Source: Cenarchaeum sp.
Lineage (GTDB): Archaea; Thermoproteota; Nitrososphaeria; Nitrososphaerales; Nitrosopumilaceae
Assembly (NCBI GenBank): GCA_965212015.1
Contig: OZ243037.1
Coordinates: 800,001 to 864,000, forward strand
DNA: 64,000 bases
Direction: 5' to 3'
Numbering within the stretch: position 1 is the first letter of the stretch; every line of letters starts with the position of its first letter. Below are positions 1-10,087 of this stretch, piece by piece. Position numbers and translations under genes: made by a program. The notes under the pieces were generated by a model, which made no database searches, was not told the origin of the DNA, and saw only the letters and a list, made by a program, of their open reading frames with translations.

Positions 1-796
1 CTTTAGAATCAACGCAGAAAACATCGGACAGTTTGAGAGGACGCTCATAATTGTGGACGAGGGCGCAGAGGTCCACTATATCGAGGGATGCACCGCGCCG
101 GTATACTCCTCAGAGTCGCTCCATTCGGCAGTAGTGGAGCTAGTAGCGCACAAGGACGCAAAGCTGAGATACACCACCATCCAGAACTGGAGCAACGACG
201 TCTATAACCTGGTGACAAAGCGCGCCTATGCGTACGAAGGCGCAGCCGTCGAGTGGATTGACGGAAACATCGGAAGCAAGATTACAATGAAGTATCCGGG
301 GGTCTATCTGCTCGGCCCGAGGGCCTACGGCGAGACGCTCTCGATTGCGTTTGCAGGAAAGGGGCAGCACCAGGACACGGGGGCCAAGATGGTGCACCTG
401 GCGCCGGACACCACCTCAAAGATAACCTCAAAGTCAGTAAGCAGGCTGGACGGCCGCTCCACGTACAGGGGGCTCTTGAACGTGGCAAAGGGGGCGACTG
501 GCGTAAAGTCGACTGTAAGATGCGACGCGCTGCTGCTAGACGACACCTCAAAGACTGACACGTACCCGTACATGGAGATAAACCAAGAGGACGCAACGAT
601 TACGCACGAGGCAACGGTGGGCAAGATTGGCGACGAGCAGATATTCTACCTCATGACGCGCGGATTCAGCGAGGAGGATGCCCTGGGCCTGATTGTAAAC
701 GGGTTCATGGAGCCGTTTACCAAGGAGCTTCCAATGGAGTACGCAGTAGAGCTAAACAGGCTCATAAAGCTAGAGATGGACGACTCTGTCGGCTAG
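1..796 (+). CDS. sufB: Fe-S cluster assembly protein SufB (5'-truncated by window edge)
   Basis: [35 protein letters not shown] and [14 protein letters not shown] motifs; frame open from window start. Confidence 0.97.
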   Translation, partial: FRINAENIGQFERTLIIVDEGAEVHYIEGCTAPVYSSESLHSAVVELVAHKDAKLRYTTIQNWSNDVYNLVTKRAYAYEGAAVEWIDGNIGSKITMKYPGVYLLGPRAYGETLSIAFAGKGQHQDTGAKMVHLAPDTTSKITSKSVSRLDGRSTYRGLLNVAKGATGVKSTVRCDALLLDDTSKTDTYPYMEINQEDATITHEATVGKIGDEQIFYLMTRGFSEEDALGLIVNGFMEPFTKELPMEYAVELNRLIKLEMDDSVG

Positions 797-813
797 GCAT
801 CGCATGATGTACA

Positions 814-2214
814 ATGTCACAACTAGCGTTATCCACCATCAACTCGGGCCACATAGACGACATATCATCCTCAAAAAACGAGCCCGGCTGGCTAAAACAG
901 CACAGGAGGGACTCGCTTTCCATATACGAGCAGCTGCCGCTGGAGATCTCGCCGCTGTACGGCAAGTACACCGACGCAAAAAAAATGGATCCGCAGCAGG
1001 TCCTTCTCTCGACTAGCTCAGATGCGACGGTTCCGGAATTCCTAAACAGGAGGCTTGACGAGCTCAAAGACGAGATCTGCATAATACAGGTCGGCTCCAA
1101 CATACACAGGATACGCCTTCCAGAGGGGCAAAAGTCGCGCGGCCTGGTAATGTCGTCAATCGACGAGGCGCTAGCGGAGAATCCGGACCTGGTAAAAAGG
1201 GCGCTAGAGGCCTCAAGCCCGAGGGAAGACAAGTTTACGGCCCTCAACAATGCGGCGTTTAATTCCGGGATATTCGTGCACCTGCCAAGGAACCTTGTGT
1301 TAGACGGGCCCATACACGTCCTGTCGTGCCTTTCGGTGGACCAGGCATCGACCATATCGCGCAACGTAGTCTTTGCAGACGAGGGCAGCAGGGCCGCCAT
1401 AGTGCAGGAGCTCTATTCGCCGGCATCGCAAAAGCAGCAGGCATACATGGAGCTGCTCAACGTCGGCGTGGCCGCCGGCGCGCACCTGGACATTACCACG
1501 CTGCAGATGATGGATCAAAGCTCGATTAACTTTTCGACGCGGCGGACAGACGTTGCGCAGGACGGCAAGATAAACTGCTATCTCGGGCTGTTTGGCACAA
1601 TGCTCTCAAGGTACAGGATAGACTATCACCTGAACGGCCCTGGCGCGCAGGCAAACGACTCGGAGGTGGCATTTGGAAACGGCGAGCAGTCATTTGACAT
1701 ACAGTCAAACGTAAACCACGCCAGCCCCTCCACTGAGGCACGGATAATCGAAAAGTCAATCCTCAGGGAGAAATCAAAGTCCCTCTTTAAGGGGATGATC
1801 AGGATAAAAGAGAACGCCGCAAAGTCCAACTCGTACCTCTCTGGCCGCTCCATCCTGCTTGACAAGGGCGCAAAGTCAGACGCAATCCCGGGACTGGAGA
1901 TTTTCACCAACGACGTAAAGGCGACGCACTCGGCGTCAGTGGCACAGATTGACGAGGAGCAGATCTTTTACCTGCAGTCAAGGTGCCTTGACAAAAAGCA
2001 GGCAGAAAGGACCATAGTCGAGGGGTTCCTAGAGCCGCTGTCGCGAAAAATGTCCTACCAGGTGAGGGCGTGGATATCATATCTTATCGAGTCAAAGTGG
2101 GAGGGACGCGAGCTTTCAATCAACACCGACGAGGAGCTGCGCAAGTTCGTCGAAGTCGAGGAGACAAGATACAACGAGGACGAGGAGATAGAGCAGCACT
2201 ACAAATACAGGTGA
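814..2214 (+). CDS. sufD: Fe-S cluster assembly protein SufD (SufBD family)
   Basis: Beta-helix SufBD motifs: FTALNNAAF, IPGLEIFTNDVKATHSASV, IFYLQSR; directly follows sufB. Confidence 0.93.
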   Translation: MSQLALSTINSGHIDDISSSKNEPGWLKQHRRDSLSIYEQLPLEISPLYGKYTDAKKMDPQQVLLSTSSDATVPEFLNRRLDELKDEICIIQVGSNIHRIRLPEGQKSRGLVMSSIDEALAENPDLVKRALEASSPREDKFTALNNAAFNSGIFVHLPRNLVLDGPIHVLSCLSVDQASTISRNVVFADEGSRAAIVQELYSPASQKQQAYMELLNVGVAAGAHLDITTLQMMDQSSINFSTRRTDVAQDGKINCYLGLFGTMLSRYRIDYHLNGPGAQANDSEVAFGNGEQSFDIQSNVNHASPSTEARIIEKSILREKSKSLFKGMIRIKENAAKSNSYLSGRSILLDKGAKSDAIPGLEIFTNDVKATHSASVAQIDEEQIFYLQSRCLDKKQAERTIVEGFLEPLSRKMSYQVRAWISYLIESKWEGRELSINTDEELRKFVEVEETRYNEDEEIEQHYKYR

Positions 2215-2528
2215 CGGCGTTGGGCGAGTGGACAAGGGTGTGCAGCACAGACGAGATTGCCAAGGGACAGACGCTCAGCTTTGAGCGCGGCGAAAAAAAA
2301 ATCCTGCTGGCAAACCTGGATGGCAGGGTCTTTGCGACGGATCTTGCCTGCACCCATGCAGATGCGGATCTCTCAGGCGGCTTTCTCACAGACGAGGGGA
2401 TTCGCTGCCCGCTGCACCTGTCAGTCTTTGAGCTGGAATGCGGCAGGCCGCAAAACCCGCCAGCAGAAAAAGCCCTGAGGACGTACGGCGTCAAAATAAG
2501 CTCAGGCGAGGTATACGTGGAGCTGTAA
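2211..2528 (+). CDS. Rieske [2Fe-2S] ferredoxin
   Basis: CTH...CPLH Rieske motifs; start probably GTG 2211 (overlaps sufD stop) or TTG 2220, not the track start at 2070. Confidence 0.9.
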   Translation: MTALGEWTRVCSTDEIAKGQTLSFERGEKKILLANLDGRVFATDLACTHADADLSGGFLTDEGIRCPLHLSVFELECGRPQNPPAEKALRTYGVKISSGEVYVEL

Positions 2529-3772
2529 TGATGCAAGGCCAGCTCGGCGACACAAGAAGGGACTTTCCCATACTAGGCAGGAGGATGCGCGGCGACAGTC
2601 CCCTGGTATACCTGGATAACGCATCGACTACGCAAAAGCCAAACCAGGTGATAGACGCAATCAGCGGCTATTACAAAAACCACAATGCAAACATACACAG
2701 GGCCGTATACGAGCTGGCCGAAGAGGCCACGGCGGCGTACGAGTCGACCAGGGACAAGGTTGCAAAATTCCTGAACATAAAAAACCGCGAGGAGATTGTC
2801 TTTGTGAGGGGCACCACTGAGGGCATAAACCTGGTGGCGTATTCCTGGGGAAGGGCCAACATCAAAAAGGGCGACATTATCGTCACCACGGAATACGAGC
2901 ACCACAGCAACATAGTCCCCTGGCAGCAGCTGGTGCGAGAAAAGGGCGCAGAGCTGGCATACATTGACATCGACGGGGACGGCGAGCTGGTCCTGGACGG
3001 GCTTGATGCGCACCTGGCAACCGGGAGGGTCAGGCTTGTGGCATTCAGCCTAATGTCCAACGTGCTTGGGACAATCACAGACGCCGAGTCGATAATTGCA
3101 AAATGCAAAAGGGCCGGCGCCCTGACGCTCATTGACGGGGCGCAGGCAGTCCCGCACATGCCAGTCGACATGCAAAAGCTGGGCTGCGACTTTTTCGCAT
3201 TCTCCGGCCACAAGATGCTGGGACCGACCGGAATCGGGGTGCTGTGGGTGCGCAGGGACATACTTGAGGCGATGGAGCCGTTTCAGGGGGGCGGCGACAT
3301 GATCCGCGAGGTGCACAAGTTTGAGACCACGTGGAACGACCTTCCCTACAAGTTCGAGGCAGGCACGCCGAGCATCGCAGACACCGTGGGCCTGGGCGCC
3401 GCAGTGGACTATCTTTCCGGAATCGGGATGGATGCGGTGCGCCGGCACGAAGTCGAGCTTACCGCGTACGCGCTGGAGAAAATCTCGCGCATCAGGGGGA
3501 TTACCGTGTATGGCACAAGGGACCTCAAGAGGCGCGGCGGCGTCATTTCGTTCAACTTTGCAGACGTGCACCCGCACGACGTGGCGCAGATAGTCGACGG
3601 GGACGGAGTCGCCATACGCTCCGGCCACCACTGTGCGCAGGTGCTCATGGAAAAGCTCGACGTTGCGGCGACAAACAGGGCGAGCTTTTACATATACAAC
3701 ACGAGGCAGGACGTCGATGCGCTTGTGGATTCACTCAAAAAGGTAGCGAGGTTGTTCAAGCTTGAGCAGTAA
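2528..3772 (+). CDS. sufS: Cysteine desulfurase SufS
   Basis: YLDNASTTQKP, EHHSN, FSGHKMLGPTG (PLP Lys), RSGHHCAQ; ATG overlaps the Rieske stop. Confidence 0.97.
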   Translation: MMQGQLGDTRRDFPILGRRMRGDSPLVYLDNASTTQKPNQVIDAISGYYKNHNANIHRAVYELAEEATAAYESTRDKVAKFLNIKNREEIVFVRGTTEGINLVAYSWGRANIKKGDIIVTTEYEHHSNIVPWQQLVREKGAELAYIDIDGDGELVLDGLDAHLATGRVRLVAFSLMSNVLGTITDAESIIAKCKRAGALTLIDGAQAVPHMPVDMQKLGCDFFAFSGHKMLGPTGIGVLWVRRDILEAMEPFQGGGDMIREVHKFETTWNDLPYKFEAGTPSIADTVGLGAAVDYLSGIGMDAVRRHEVELTAYALEKISRIRGITVYGTRDLKRRGGVISFNFADVHPHDVAQIVDGDGVAIRSGHHCAQVLMEKLDVAATNRASFYIYNTRQDVDALVDSLKKVARLFKLEQ

Positions 3773-4202
3773 CGCCGACATTTACCACGAGATGATCATA
3801 GACTATTCCCGAAACCCGCTTAATTTCGGCAGGATTGAGAATCCGGACGCGACATACCACGATTCAAACCCGCTGTGCGGCGACAGCATAGACATGGACC
3901 TAAAGTTCGATGGCAAAAAAATCGCAGATATCAAGTTTCACGGAAAGGGGTGCGCCATCTGCATGGCGTGCTCGTCGGTCCTCACCGAGATTGCAAAGGG
4001 AAAGGAGATCGACGCAGTAAGGGCCATAGAAAAAAACGACGTCCTCGGCGAGCTGGGCCTTGAGGGCCTGCAGGCGGTGCGTATAAAGTGCGCGCTCTTA
4101 TCCCTCAAGGTTTTAAAGTACGCGCTGTACTCGCACCTGATCAAGGACGTTTCTGGCGCCGAGACTGACAAGCTAAAGGACGATGCTGCGAGCCTCTACT
4201 AG
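3762..4202 (+). CDS. sufU: SufU/IscU-type Fe-S scaffold protein
   Basis: NPLCGD, GKGCAIC and RIKCALL conserved Cys motifs; in SUF operon. Confidence 0.92.
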   Translation: MSSNADIYHEMIIDYSRNPLNFGRIENPDATYHDSNPLCGDSIDMDLKFDGKKIADIKFHGKGCAICMACSSVLTEIAKGKEIDAVRAIEKNDVLGELGLEGLQAVRIKCALLSLKVLKYALYSHLIKDVSGAETDKLKDDAASLY

Positions 4203-4203
4203 T

Positions 4204-4551
4204 ATGGACGGCGCAAAGACCCCGCCGGGGCTTCAGATAAGGAGGATAATCTTTGAGAGGTTCAACGATATCGAGGCCCGGTTCAACAATGACGAGATTC
4301 TCGACATACTAAGGCAGGACGGGGATGCGGACAGTACGATAGACGAGCTAGAGCCGTACTTTGAGGAGATTTGCAGGCAGGGCCTGGTCAGGAACATTGC
4401 GCAAAACCTCACCACAATGTGGTTCAAGCTCTTCGAGCCGATGAGGAAAATTCACTGCAATGCGTGCGGTCTGGACGTGCATCTGGGAGGCGGCGAGGTG
4501 GTGTGCCCGAATCCCGGCTGCAAAAAGGCGATGCGCGCAGATCAGGGATAG
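4204..4551 (+). CDS. Hypothetical protein with C-terminal Zn-ribbon
   Basis: CNAC...CPNPGC motif; ATG 1 nt after sufU stop. Confidence 0.7.
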   Translation: MDGAKTPPGLQIRRIIFERFNDIEARFNNDEILDILRQDGDADSTIDELEPYFEEICRQGLVRNIAQNLTTMWFKLFEPMRKIHCNACGLDVHLGGGEVVCPNPGCKKAMRADQG

Positions 4552-4579
4552 TTTTGTGTCGCAAACAGATGGAATGATC

Positions 4580-5110
4580 TTATGGGCGTTTTAGCAGTGA
4601 TTTTTTTAGCTTTGTCCATTTTTCGTATGCACTACATATTCTATCGGAGCCATAGTTTGCCTTTATCTCGCACACCTTTTCAAGCAATTGGGCACGATAC
4701 AAGCGAGGGTTGTTTTTATGTACAAAGTCTATGGTTGCCGCAAGCTCCAACTCTTCTTTGCTCCAATCAGATAAATGTGCCACAAGCTTGCGCGTTTTTG
4801 CCGTTTTTTCGGAATCACAGATGGTTTTTTCAAATTTTTTGACCAATGTCCTTCCATCCTCGGTAAGATTAAATGTGTATGGGCTGCCTTTGCTTTGTTC
4901 AATCCATTTTGCACCCTCTGCCGTCTTTACAGTGTTTGCAAATGTAAATGAAAATGGCCCGTAATAGTGAAGTCTGTAATCTCGGATGTCCCAGTCCAAA
5001 TACTGGCAAAAGTATATCATTTTTTGAAGCTTGGTTCTTCCAACAATTTTCTTGTCCTTGCTACCGTCTATGGCCATACAAAGCAACCCCACGTCATTGA
5101 TCAAGGTCAT
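4580..5110 (-). CDS. YwgA-like / Panacea (DUF4065, SocA-like) winged-helix protein
   Basis: GRTKLQKMIYF...Y.LHYYGPFS...F.LTEDG...LELAATIDF pattern; AT-rich. Confidence 0.7.
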   Translation of the reverse strand: MTLINDVGLLCMAIDGSKDKKIVGRTKLQKMIYFCQYLDWDIRDYRLHYYGPFSFTFANTVKTAEGAKWIEQSKGSPYTFNLTEDGRTLVKKFEKTICDSEKTAKTRKLVAHLSDWSKEELELAATIDFVHKNNPRLYRAQLLEKVCEIKANYGSDRICSAYEKWTKLKKSLLKRP

Positions 5111-5135
5111 ACGCTATAATCATCTGCTGTTCTAT

Positions 5136-6482
5136 TTAATTTAGCAGGTCTAATATCCGTTCACCCTTGGTTAACACTTCTTGAGGGTAAAAGATCCTAG
5201 TAGATCGCTTTTCTTCGCTTATGGCTTTGACTAATGAAGAGACTTGCGTTATCTCTTTAAGATCGCCGTTATCCATGGATACCAATATGTGACTTATTGC
5301 GGTTTGTCCGTCATCTGGCTCAACATAGGTATAGGGTTCATATCCGGATTCTGGCACACTATTTGGAATAAAATAATAGTCAAAATCAAATTGTTTGTTG
5401 TGGAATCTTTGCTTGATTTTTGATGATTTTAGTAGCAACATAACATTATTTGTAGGATCGATCAATTCTGCTTTGAGTAATTTTCTGTCAATCAAACGTG
5501 TGGATAGATCCCGCAATATTTGATCAGAAGATTTTGTCCAATCTAGGATTGCCGAATAACACGTGTGATCATCCAAGGTCAGGATCATTTCAGGGGTGAC
5601 TTTTTTTCTAATATCAGCTATTTTGGTACGCTCTTTGGGCAAAGCTGATGCACGTTTGAATGTGTTAATTAAAATATTTTCCATGCATTGGCTAGCTTTA
5701 TGATGATAGACGCCTTTATACATGTGATATCTGCCTATAAGATAATTTTCTACTGCTTCAATTCCTTTTTGAGATACCGTGGTTGTTCCTTTTAGTGATT
5801 TTTTGGGCGTATTTTTATTCCATATTGACAGCGTATTTGCAATTCTATAAATATCGATTTTCCCATATGTGACTCCAGTAAATAACGCATCCCTCATCAG
5901 ATAATCCAATCTATCTGCATCTAACTGGCTGCTTATTAGTTGGGATACAAATAACAAATCACCTGTTATTTCATGATTTAATATATTACAAATAAGATGA
6001 GGAGATATGTTGTTTTTTTTCAATATCTTTTTAATCTCAGTGTTTAGAATTATATCTCGTGTCAGATGCTCGTGATTGAAATTTCCTCCGTTTAGAAATT
6101 TTTCTGAAGCATGGGAAAACGGCCCATGCCCAATATCATGCAATAATGCGGCAACTGCACCAACAGGCCTAAGCCGTGCAATTCTAGGTTTTGTTATAGT
6201 GGATCTTTTCACGACTGAATCAAACAGTATAAGAAAAACGTGCATTACCCCAATACTGTGAGCAAATCTCGAATGGGTTGCATTTGGATAAACAATCGAT
6301 GTAAGACCAAGCTGATGCAATCGTCTCAATCTTTGAAAATGAGGCGTATCAATTAATCGCTGAATTACCGGATATTCCGATATGTCGATAAAATTATGAA
6401 CCGGATCCATAATTTTGATGGGTTTCTCATCTCGTTTTCTACATGGCACGTCTTTTAGCACATGTTTAGTTGTTTTACTCAC
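5136..6482 (-). CDS. HD-domain phosphohydrolase, SAMHD1/YwfO-like dNTP triphosphohydrolase
   Basis: DPVH, FQRLRRLHQLG, HSRFAHSIG, LLHDIGHGPFSH, LDADRLDYLMRD, MYKGVYHHK; AT-rich. Confidence 0.92.
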   Translation of the reverse strand: MSKTTKHVLKDVPCRKRDEKPIKIMDPVHNFIDISEYPVIQRLIDTPHFQRLRRLHQLGLTSIVYPNATHSRFAHSIGVMHVFLILFDSVVKRSTITKPRIARLRPVGAVAALLHDIGHGPFSHASEKFLNGGNFNHEHLTRDIILNTEIKKILKKNNISPHLICNILNHEITGDLLFVSQLISSQLDADRLDYLMRDALFTGVTYGKIDIYRIANTLSIWNKNTPKKSLKGTTTVSQKGIEAVENYLIGRYHMYKGVYHHKASQCMENILINTFKRASALPKERTKIADIRKKVTPEMILTLDDHTCYSAILDWTKSSDQILRDLSTRLIDRKLLKAELIDPTNNVMLLLKSSKIKQRFHNKQFDFDYYFIPNSVPESGYEPYTYVEPDDGQTAISHILVSMDNGDLKEITQVSSLVKAISEEKRSTRIFYPQEVLTKGERILDLLN

Positions 6483-6596
6483 ACGTTATTTGCCACATGC
6501 TTGTAGTTAAAATTTATCATTGTGCAAAATCGACACGTAAATATGTTTAAAGATTGAGAGTAAAAAACATGCCCGATCCCCGGCAATATCCGCACG

Positions 6597-7808
6597 TCAG
6601 CCGGCGCCCCTGTGCCTTGCGGCGGCGTGCTCCAGCGACTGGATCATCGGGAGTTTTTGGCCGGTAAGGTACAGTACCAGTGCGCCGCCTGCCGTACTGG
6701 TGTGGTTTATCCTGCCGATCAGATTGTACTTTTTGAGCGCCGACGTGAGGTGTCCCCCGCTCACTATCGTAGTCGCCATAGAGTTTGCCACCCCGTCAAG
6801 AAGGCTCTTTGTGCCATAGCTGAACTTTTCGTTCTCAAACAATCCGGGCGGGCCGCTGATAAACACGGTTCCGGCACCGGATATCAGCCTGCTGTAATGC
6901 TCCACAGTCTTGGGCCCGATATCCAGAATCGAGTCGCCCTTGTTGATGTCGCGAACATCCAGCTCCAGTCTCTGCCCGTCCTTGTCCACTGCCACGTCCA
7001 CCGGGGTCGAAAAGACGTCCGGATACTCCCCAATCAGGGCGTGCGCCTTTGCGACTACCTCGTCTTCGTGCTTTATTCCCAGCGGCGACTTTATGCGCGC
7101 CTGCGCCCTCATGAAGACGTTTCCAATCAGCCCGGTCAGCAGGATGTGATCGGCCCTCTTGTTTTGAATCAGCATCTTTATTGCCTCCAGGCGGTCTGCC
7201 ACCTTGGAGCCGCCCAGCACTATTACGTGCGGCGCCTTTGCGACAGTTATTATCTCGTCGAGCTCGCGGATCTCCCGTTCCACTATCCTTCCCGCGCACG
7301 CCGGAAGCACGTGTGAAAAACCTACGATCGACGGGTGTGATCTGTGCGCGCTTGGAAACGAGTCCAAAACGCACAAGTCAAACAGCTTTCGCAGCCTCTG
7401 CACCATTATCGTGTCGGCCGCCTCGTCTGGCGCAAACTCATAGTTTTCCTCGGCGCAGAGCCTCAGGTTGTCTAGCATCAGTATCTCCCCGCTCTTGAGG
7501 CCGGCAATCTCGGCCTGCGCCGCCTCGCCGATCACGTCCTCCACGTACTTTATGTCGCGCTTTAGCATCCTTTGCAGCACCCTTGTGTGCGCCCTCATGC
7601 CGGTGTATTCCCTGTTTCCCACCCTTCCCTGGTGTGACGCAACGACGAGCTTTGCCTCCTTTAGCGAGTCGATAGTCTCGATTGCCTCCTCTATGCGCTT
7701 TGGGCCGGAGATCTCCATCGTTGCAGGATCAATGGGGCAGTTCATGTCCACCCTCAAAAACACGGTCTTGTCCTTTAGCGCAAAATCATCAAGGGTTAAA
7801 AGCCTCAC
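6597..7808 (-). CDS. pgk: Phosphoglycerate kinase
   Basis: LRVDMNCP, SHQGR, DNLRL, GGSKVAD, DIGPKT, STAGGAL; start likely GTG 7808. Confidence 0.95.
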   Translation of the reverse strand: MRLLTLDDFALKDKTVFLRVDMNCPIDPATMEISGPKRIEEAIETIDSLKEAKLVVASHQGRVGNREYTGMRAHTRVLQRMLKRDIKYVEDVIGEAAQAEIAGLKSGEILMLDNLRLCAEENYEFAPDEAADTIMVQRLRKLFDLCVLDSFPSAHRSHPSIVGFSHVLPACAGRIVEREIRELDEIITVAKAPHVIVLGGSKVADRLEAIKMLIQNKRADHILLTGLIGNVFMRAQARIKSPLGIKHEDEVVAKAHALIGEYPDVFSTPVDVAVDKDGQRLELDVRDINKGDSILDIGPKTVEHYSRLISGAGTVFISGPPGLFENEKFSYGTKSLLDGVANSMATTIVSGGHLTSALKKYNLIGRINHTSTAGGALVLYLTGQKLPMIQSLEHAAARHRGAG

Positions 7809-7923
7809 GCCATCTTGTTTTTTTCTCTTGGTTAAAATCTTTGAGTCGATCGGATGCGGACGGCGGGATGCGGCCACTTAGTCCAAATATGGCGTCATAC
7901 AACCAGAGTCCGGGTGAAACTGG

Positions 7924-8586
7924 CTGCAAAACTGGATCTTTGAGATCAGATCGCGATCCTTTGTCTTTATGACTGCCGCCTTTGTCGCCGTATCGCTGCT
8001 GGTCCTCTCCGGGGTCACAGACGGCCCCGACCGCGCCGTATCAGGCTATTTTGATTCCGTCTCTGGAAACGCGTGGGTGGACCTGTTCATGGAGTCAGTC
8101 ACGGAGATCGGCCACGTGTTTTACATGCTGGTCTTTGCCGTGATACTGGCCGTCATAAGGAGGACGCGGAGGATCGGAATCGCCCTTTTAATTCTGCTGG
8201 TCCTAAGCACGCTGATTACCGGATATGTGAAATGCGGCATAGACCGGGATCGCCCGGATTTGGAGTTTTCTGGAAACCCGTTTGTCATCGAGTCCGGCTC
8301 GGACACGTTTTCGCTGTTCTGCGAGGGGGGGCCGAATGCGTCCTATCCGTCGGGACACGCCGCAAGGGCGGCAATATTTGGCGTAATCCTGGGATTCGTC
8401 CTCTCAGAGAGGTTTCCCAGGGGGTGCTACCTGCTGCTTGCCTATCCCGTACTGATGTCAGTCAGCAGGATGTATCTTTTGGAGCACTATCCGATGGACA
8501 TCATTGGCGGAAGCATCCTGGGGGTGCTTCTTGCCGGCGCGGTGGGCCAAAAGACCAAGCTCTTTGGCATGTTCTCAAAGGTCTAG
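7924..8586 (+). CDS. PAP2-family membrane phosphatase
   Basis: K..IDRDRP, SYPSGH and SRMYLLEHYPMD motifs; start CTG 7924 or ATG 7969. Confidence 0.88.
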   Translation: MQNWIFEIRSRSFVFMTAAFVAVSLLVLSGVTDGPDRAVSGYFDSVSGNAWVDLFMESVTEIGHVFYMLVFAVILAVIRRTRRIGIALLILLVLSTLITGYVKCGIDRDRPDLEFSGNPFVIESGSDTFSLFCEGGPNASYPSGHAARAAIFGVILGFVLSERFPRGCYLLLAYPVLMSVSRMYLLEHYPMDIIGGSILGVLLAGAVGQKTKLFGMFSKV

Positions 8587-8883
8587 CTTTTCAAGGGCGG
8601 CCGCGCCGATGAGGACGATCGCATAGTGCGCCTCGTCCTCGTGGTACGTCCAGTAGCGGATGTTTTTGTCCTGCTTTGTCTCTTTTAGGCCATAGTTTAC
8701 TGCGGTAACCACGGTGAATCCGATTCTTTTGGCCAGTTTTTTTTCCTTTGGCATTATTACCTTGAATCCGTCCTGCCTTTCGAATTTCATACCGACCATC
8801 TCTTTTGCCGCCTGTTCTGCTGATTTTTCGTCCGGCACGTCAAAGACCTTTGCAATCGGAATCTGCGAGGGATGAAAATCCAT
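8575..8883 (-). CDS. Conserved hypothetical protein
   Basis: 102-aa ORF with ATG start and host-like composition; AT-rich promoter-like stretch upstream. Confidence 0.7.
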   Translation of the reverse strand: MDFHPSQIPIAKVFDVPDEKSAEQAAKEMVGMKFERQDGFKVIMPKEKKLAKRIGFTVVTAVNYGLKETKQDKNIRYWTYHEDEAHYAIVLIGAAALEKLDL

Positions 8884-9021
8884 TTGCTGTTATGGTATAG
8901 CGCGGCCTAAATATTCTTTGATCGCGCGACACGCCGGCTTTTCATGTAAAATTTCTCGACAGATAGGTCAAAACACGGCAATACCAACCACTTAACCGAA
9001 TCTTGTATTTCAGTTAGTCTG

Positions 9022-9768
9022 TTGGGATCACTAGTGCGTCTAGCAGAAAAGATGGAGAGAAAAAGACAAGAGGCATCTAGGATCAGAAAAAAGACCCAGA
9101 GGGATTTGGAAAAGGCAGAGTCGCTTTACCGCAAGTCATTCTCCGGCCTGAAATCCGCCGAGCGCAAGATAGATGCGGCCAAGGCTCAGCTGACAGACGT
9201 CTCAGACGTGCTGACCCAAAAGCTCGCCCAGCAGGAGAGCGTATCGAGGCTCATCAGTGACGCAAAGGCAAGACTCGAGCGCGAAAACGACGCCAGGGAG
9301 CAGGCAGGACAGGACGTGGACTTTGCCTCAACGGCGGAGGAAAAGACAAGCGCAGAGTATCAGTTGCGATCAATTACCGACAGAATCTCCGAGATCACAT
9401 CTGAGATCAAACAGAGGACAAGGACGGCAGGAAAAATCGCCGCCACAGTCAGGGAATACTCGTCGTCAAAATCAAGGATTGCAGGCAGGATTCAAAGGCA
9501 GGTGCGCAGCAGGCCGGCCCTCAGAAAACTGGCCCAGGCCGGCAAAAAAGAGGGTGCAAAGCTCTCAAAGCGCGCGGCTTCTGCCCTCAGGCAGGAGGAT
9601 TCGGCAAAATCAAGCCTGCAGAGGATCAAGTCGAGGATTGGAACCAAAAGAACCGGCAAAAAAACGGTAAAAAAGGCCGGCAAAAAAACAGTGCAAAAAA
9701 AGGCCGGCAAAAAGAGAGCGGCCGTATCTGCAAAGGCAGGCAGGAAAAGAAAGGCCAGACGCAGGTGA
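9022..9768 (+). CDS. Coiled-coil protein with Lys/Arg-rich C-terminal tail
   Basis: Heptad-rich helical sequence; KKAGKK-type repeats at C-terminus. Confidence 0.75.
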   Translation: MGSLVRLAEKMERKRQEASRIRKKTQRDLEKAESLYRKSFSGLKSAERKIDAAKAQLTDVSDVLTQKLAQQESVSRLISDAKARLERENDAREQAGQDVDFASTAEEKTSAEYQLRSITDRISEITSEIKQRTRTAGKIAATVREYSSSKSRIAGRIQRQVRSRPALRKLAQAGKKEGAKLSKRAASALRQEDSAKSSLQRIKSRIGTKRTGKKTVKKAGKKTVQKKAGKKRAAVSAKAGRKRKARRR

Positions 9769-9820
9769 TTCTGCGCAAAAGTTTCCTTGGTTTTTATTGA
9801 CATTCCCCCAAGTCCCGCGC

Positions 9821-10048
9821 ATGGCCGGCAAAAAGCAGGACGGGGGTTTTTCTTCCGCCGAGATGTTTCTCAAGGGAACCGCAGTTGCGCTACTAGTCAC
9901 GATCCCCTCGCTTGCCGCGTTTGGCGCAAGCTGGGGGCTTTTAGACGACCTGATTCAGGCTGCGGTGATCGGGGGCGTCGTCCACCTAATCGCCATGATC
10001 CTTTCGTTTAAAATCGCAAAAAAATTGTTTTTCAGGCGGGCCGGGTGA
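9821..10048 (+). CDS. Small membrane protein (2 TM)
   Basis: Two hydrophobic segments; ATG 9821. Confidence 0.65.
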   Translation: MAGKKQDGGFSSAEMFLKGTAVALLVTIPSLAAFGASWGLLDDLIQAAVIGGVVHLIAMILSFKIAKKLFFRRAG

Positions 10049-10087
10049 AAAAAACTGTTTTAAGCAAAACCTCCCCCACATAATCCA

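Noticed and set aside
4552-6540. GTGTCG/CGACAC as terminal inverted repeats of the HD island
   Set aside because: Only 6 bp and no target duplication; expected by chance
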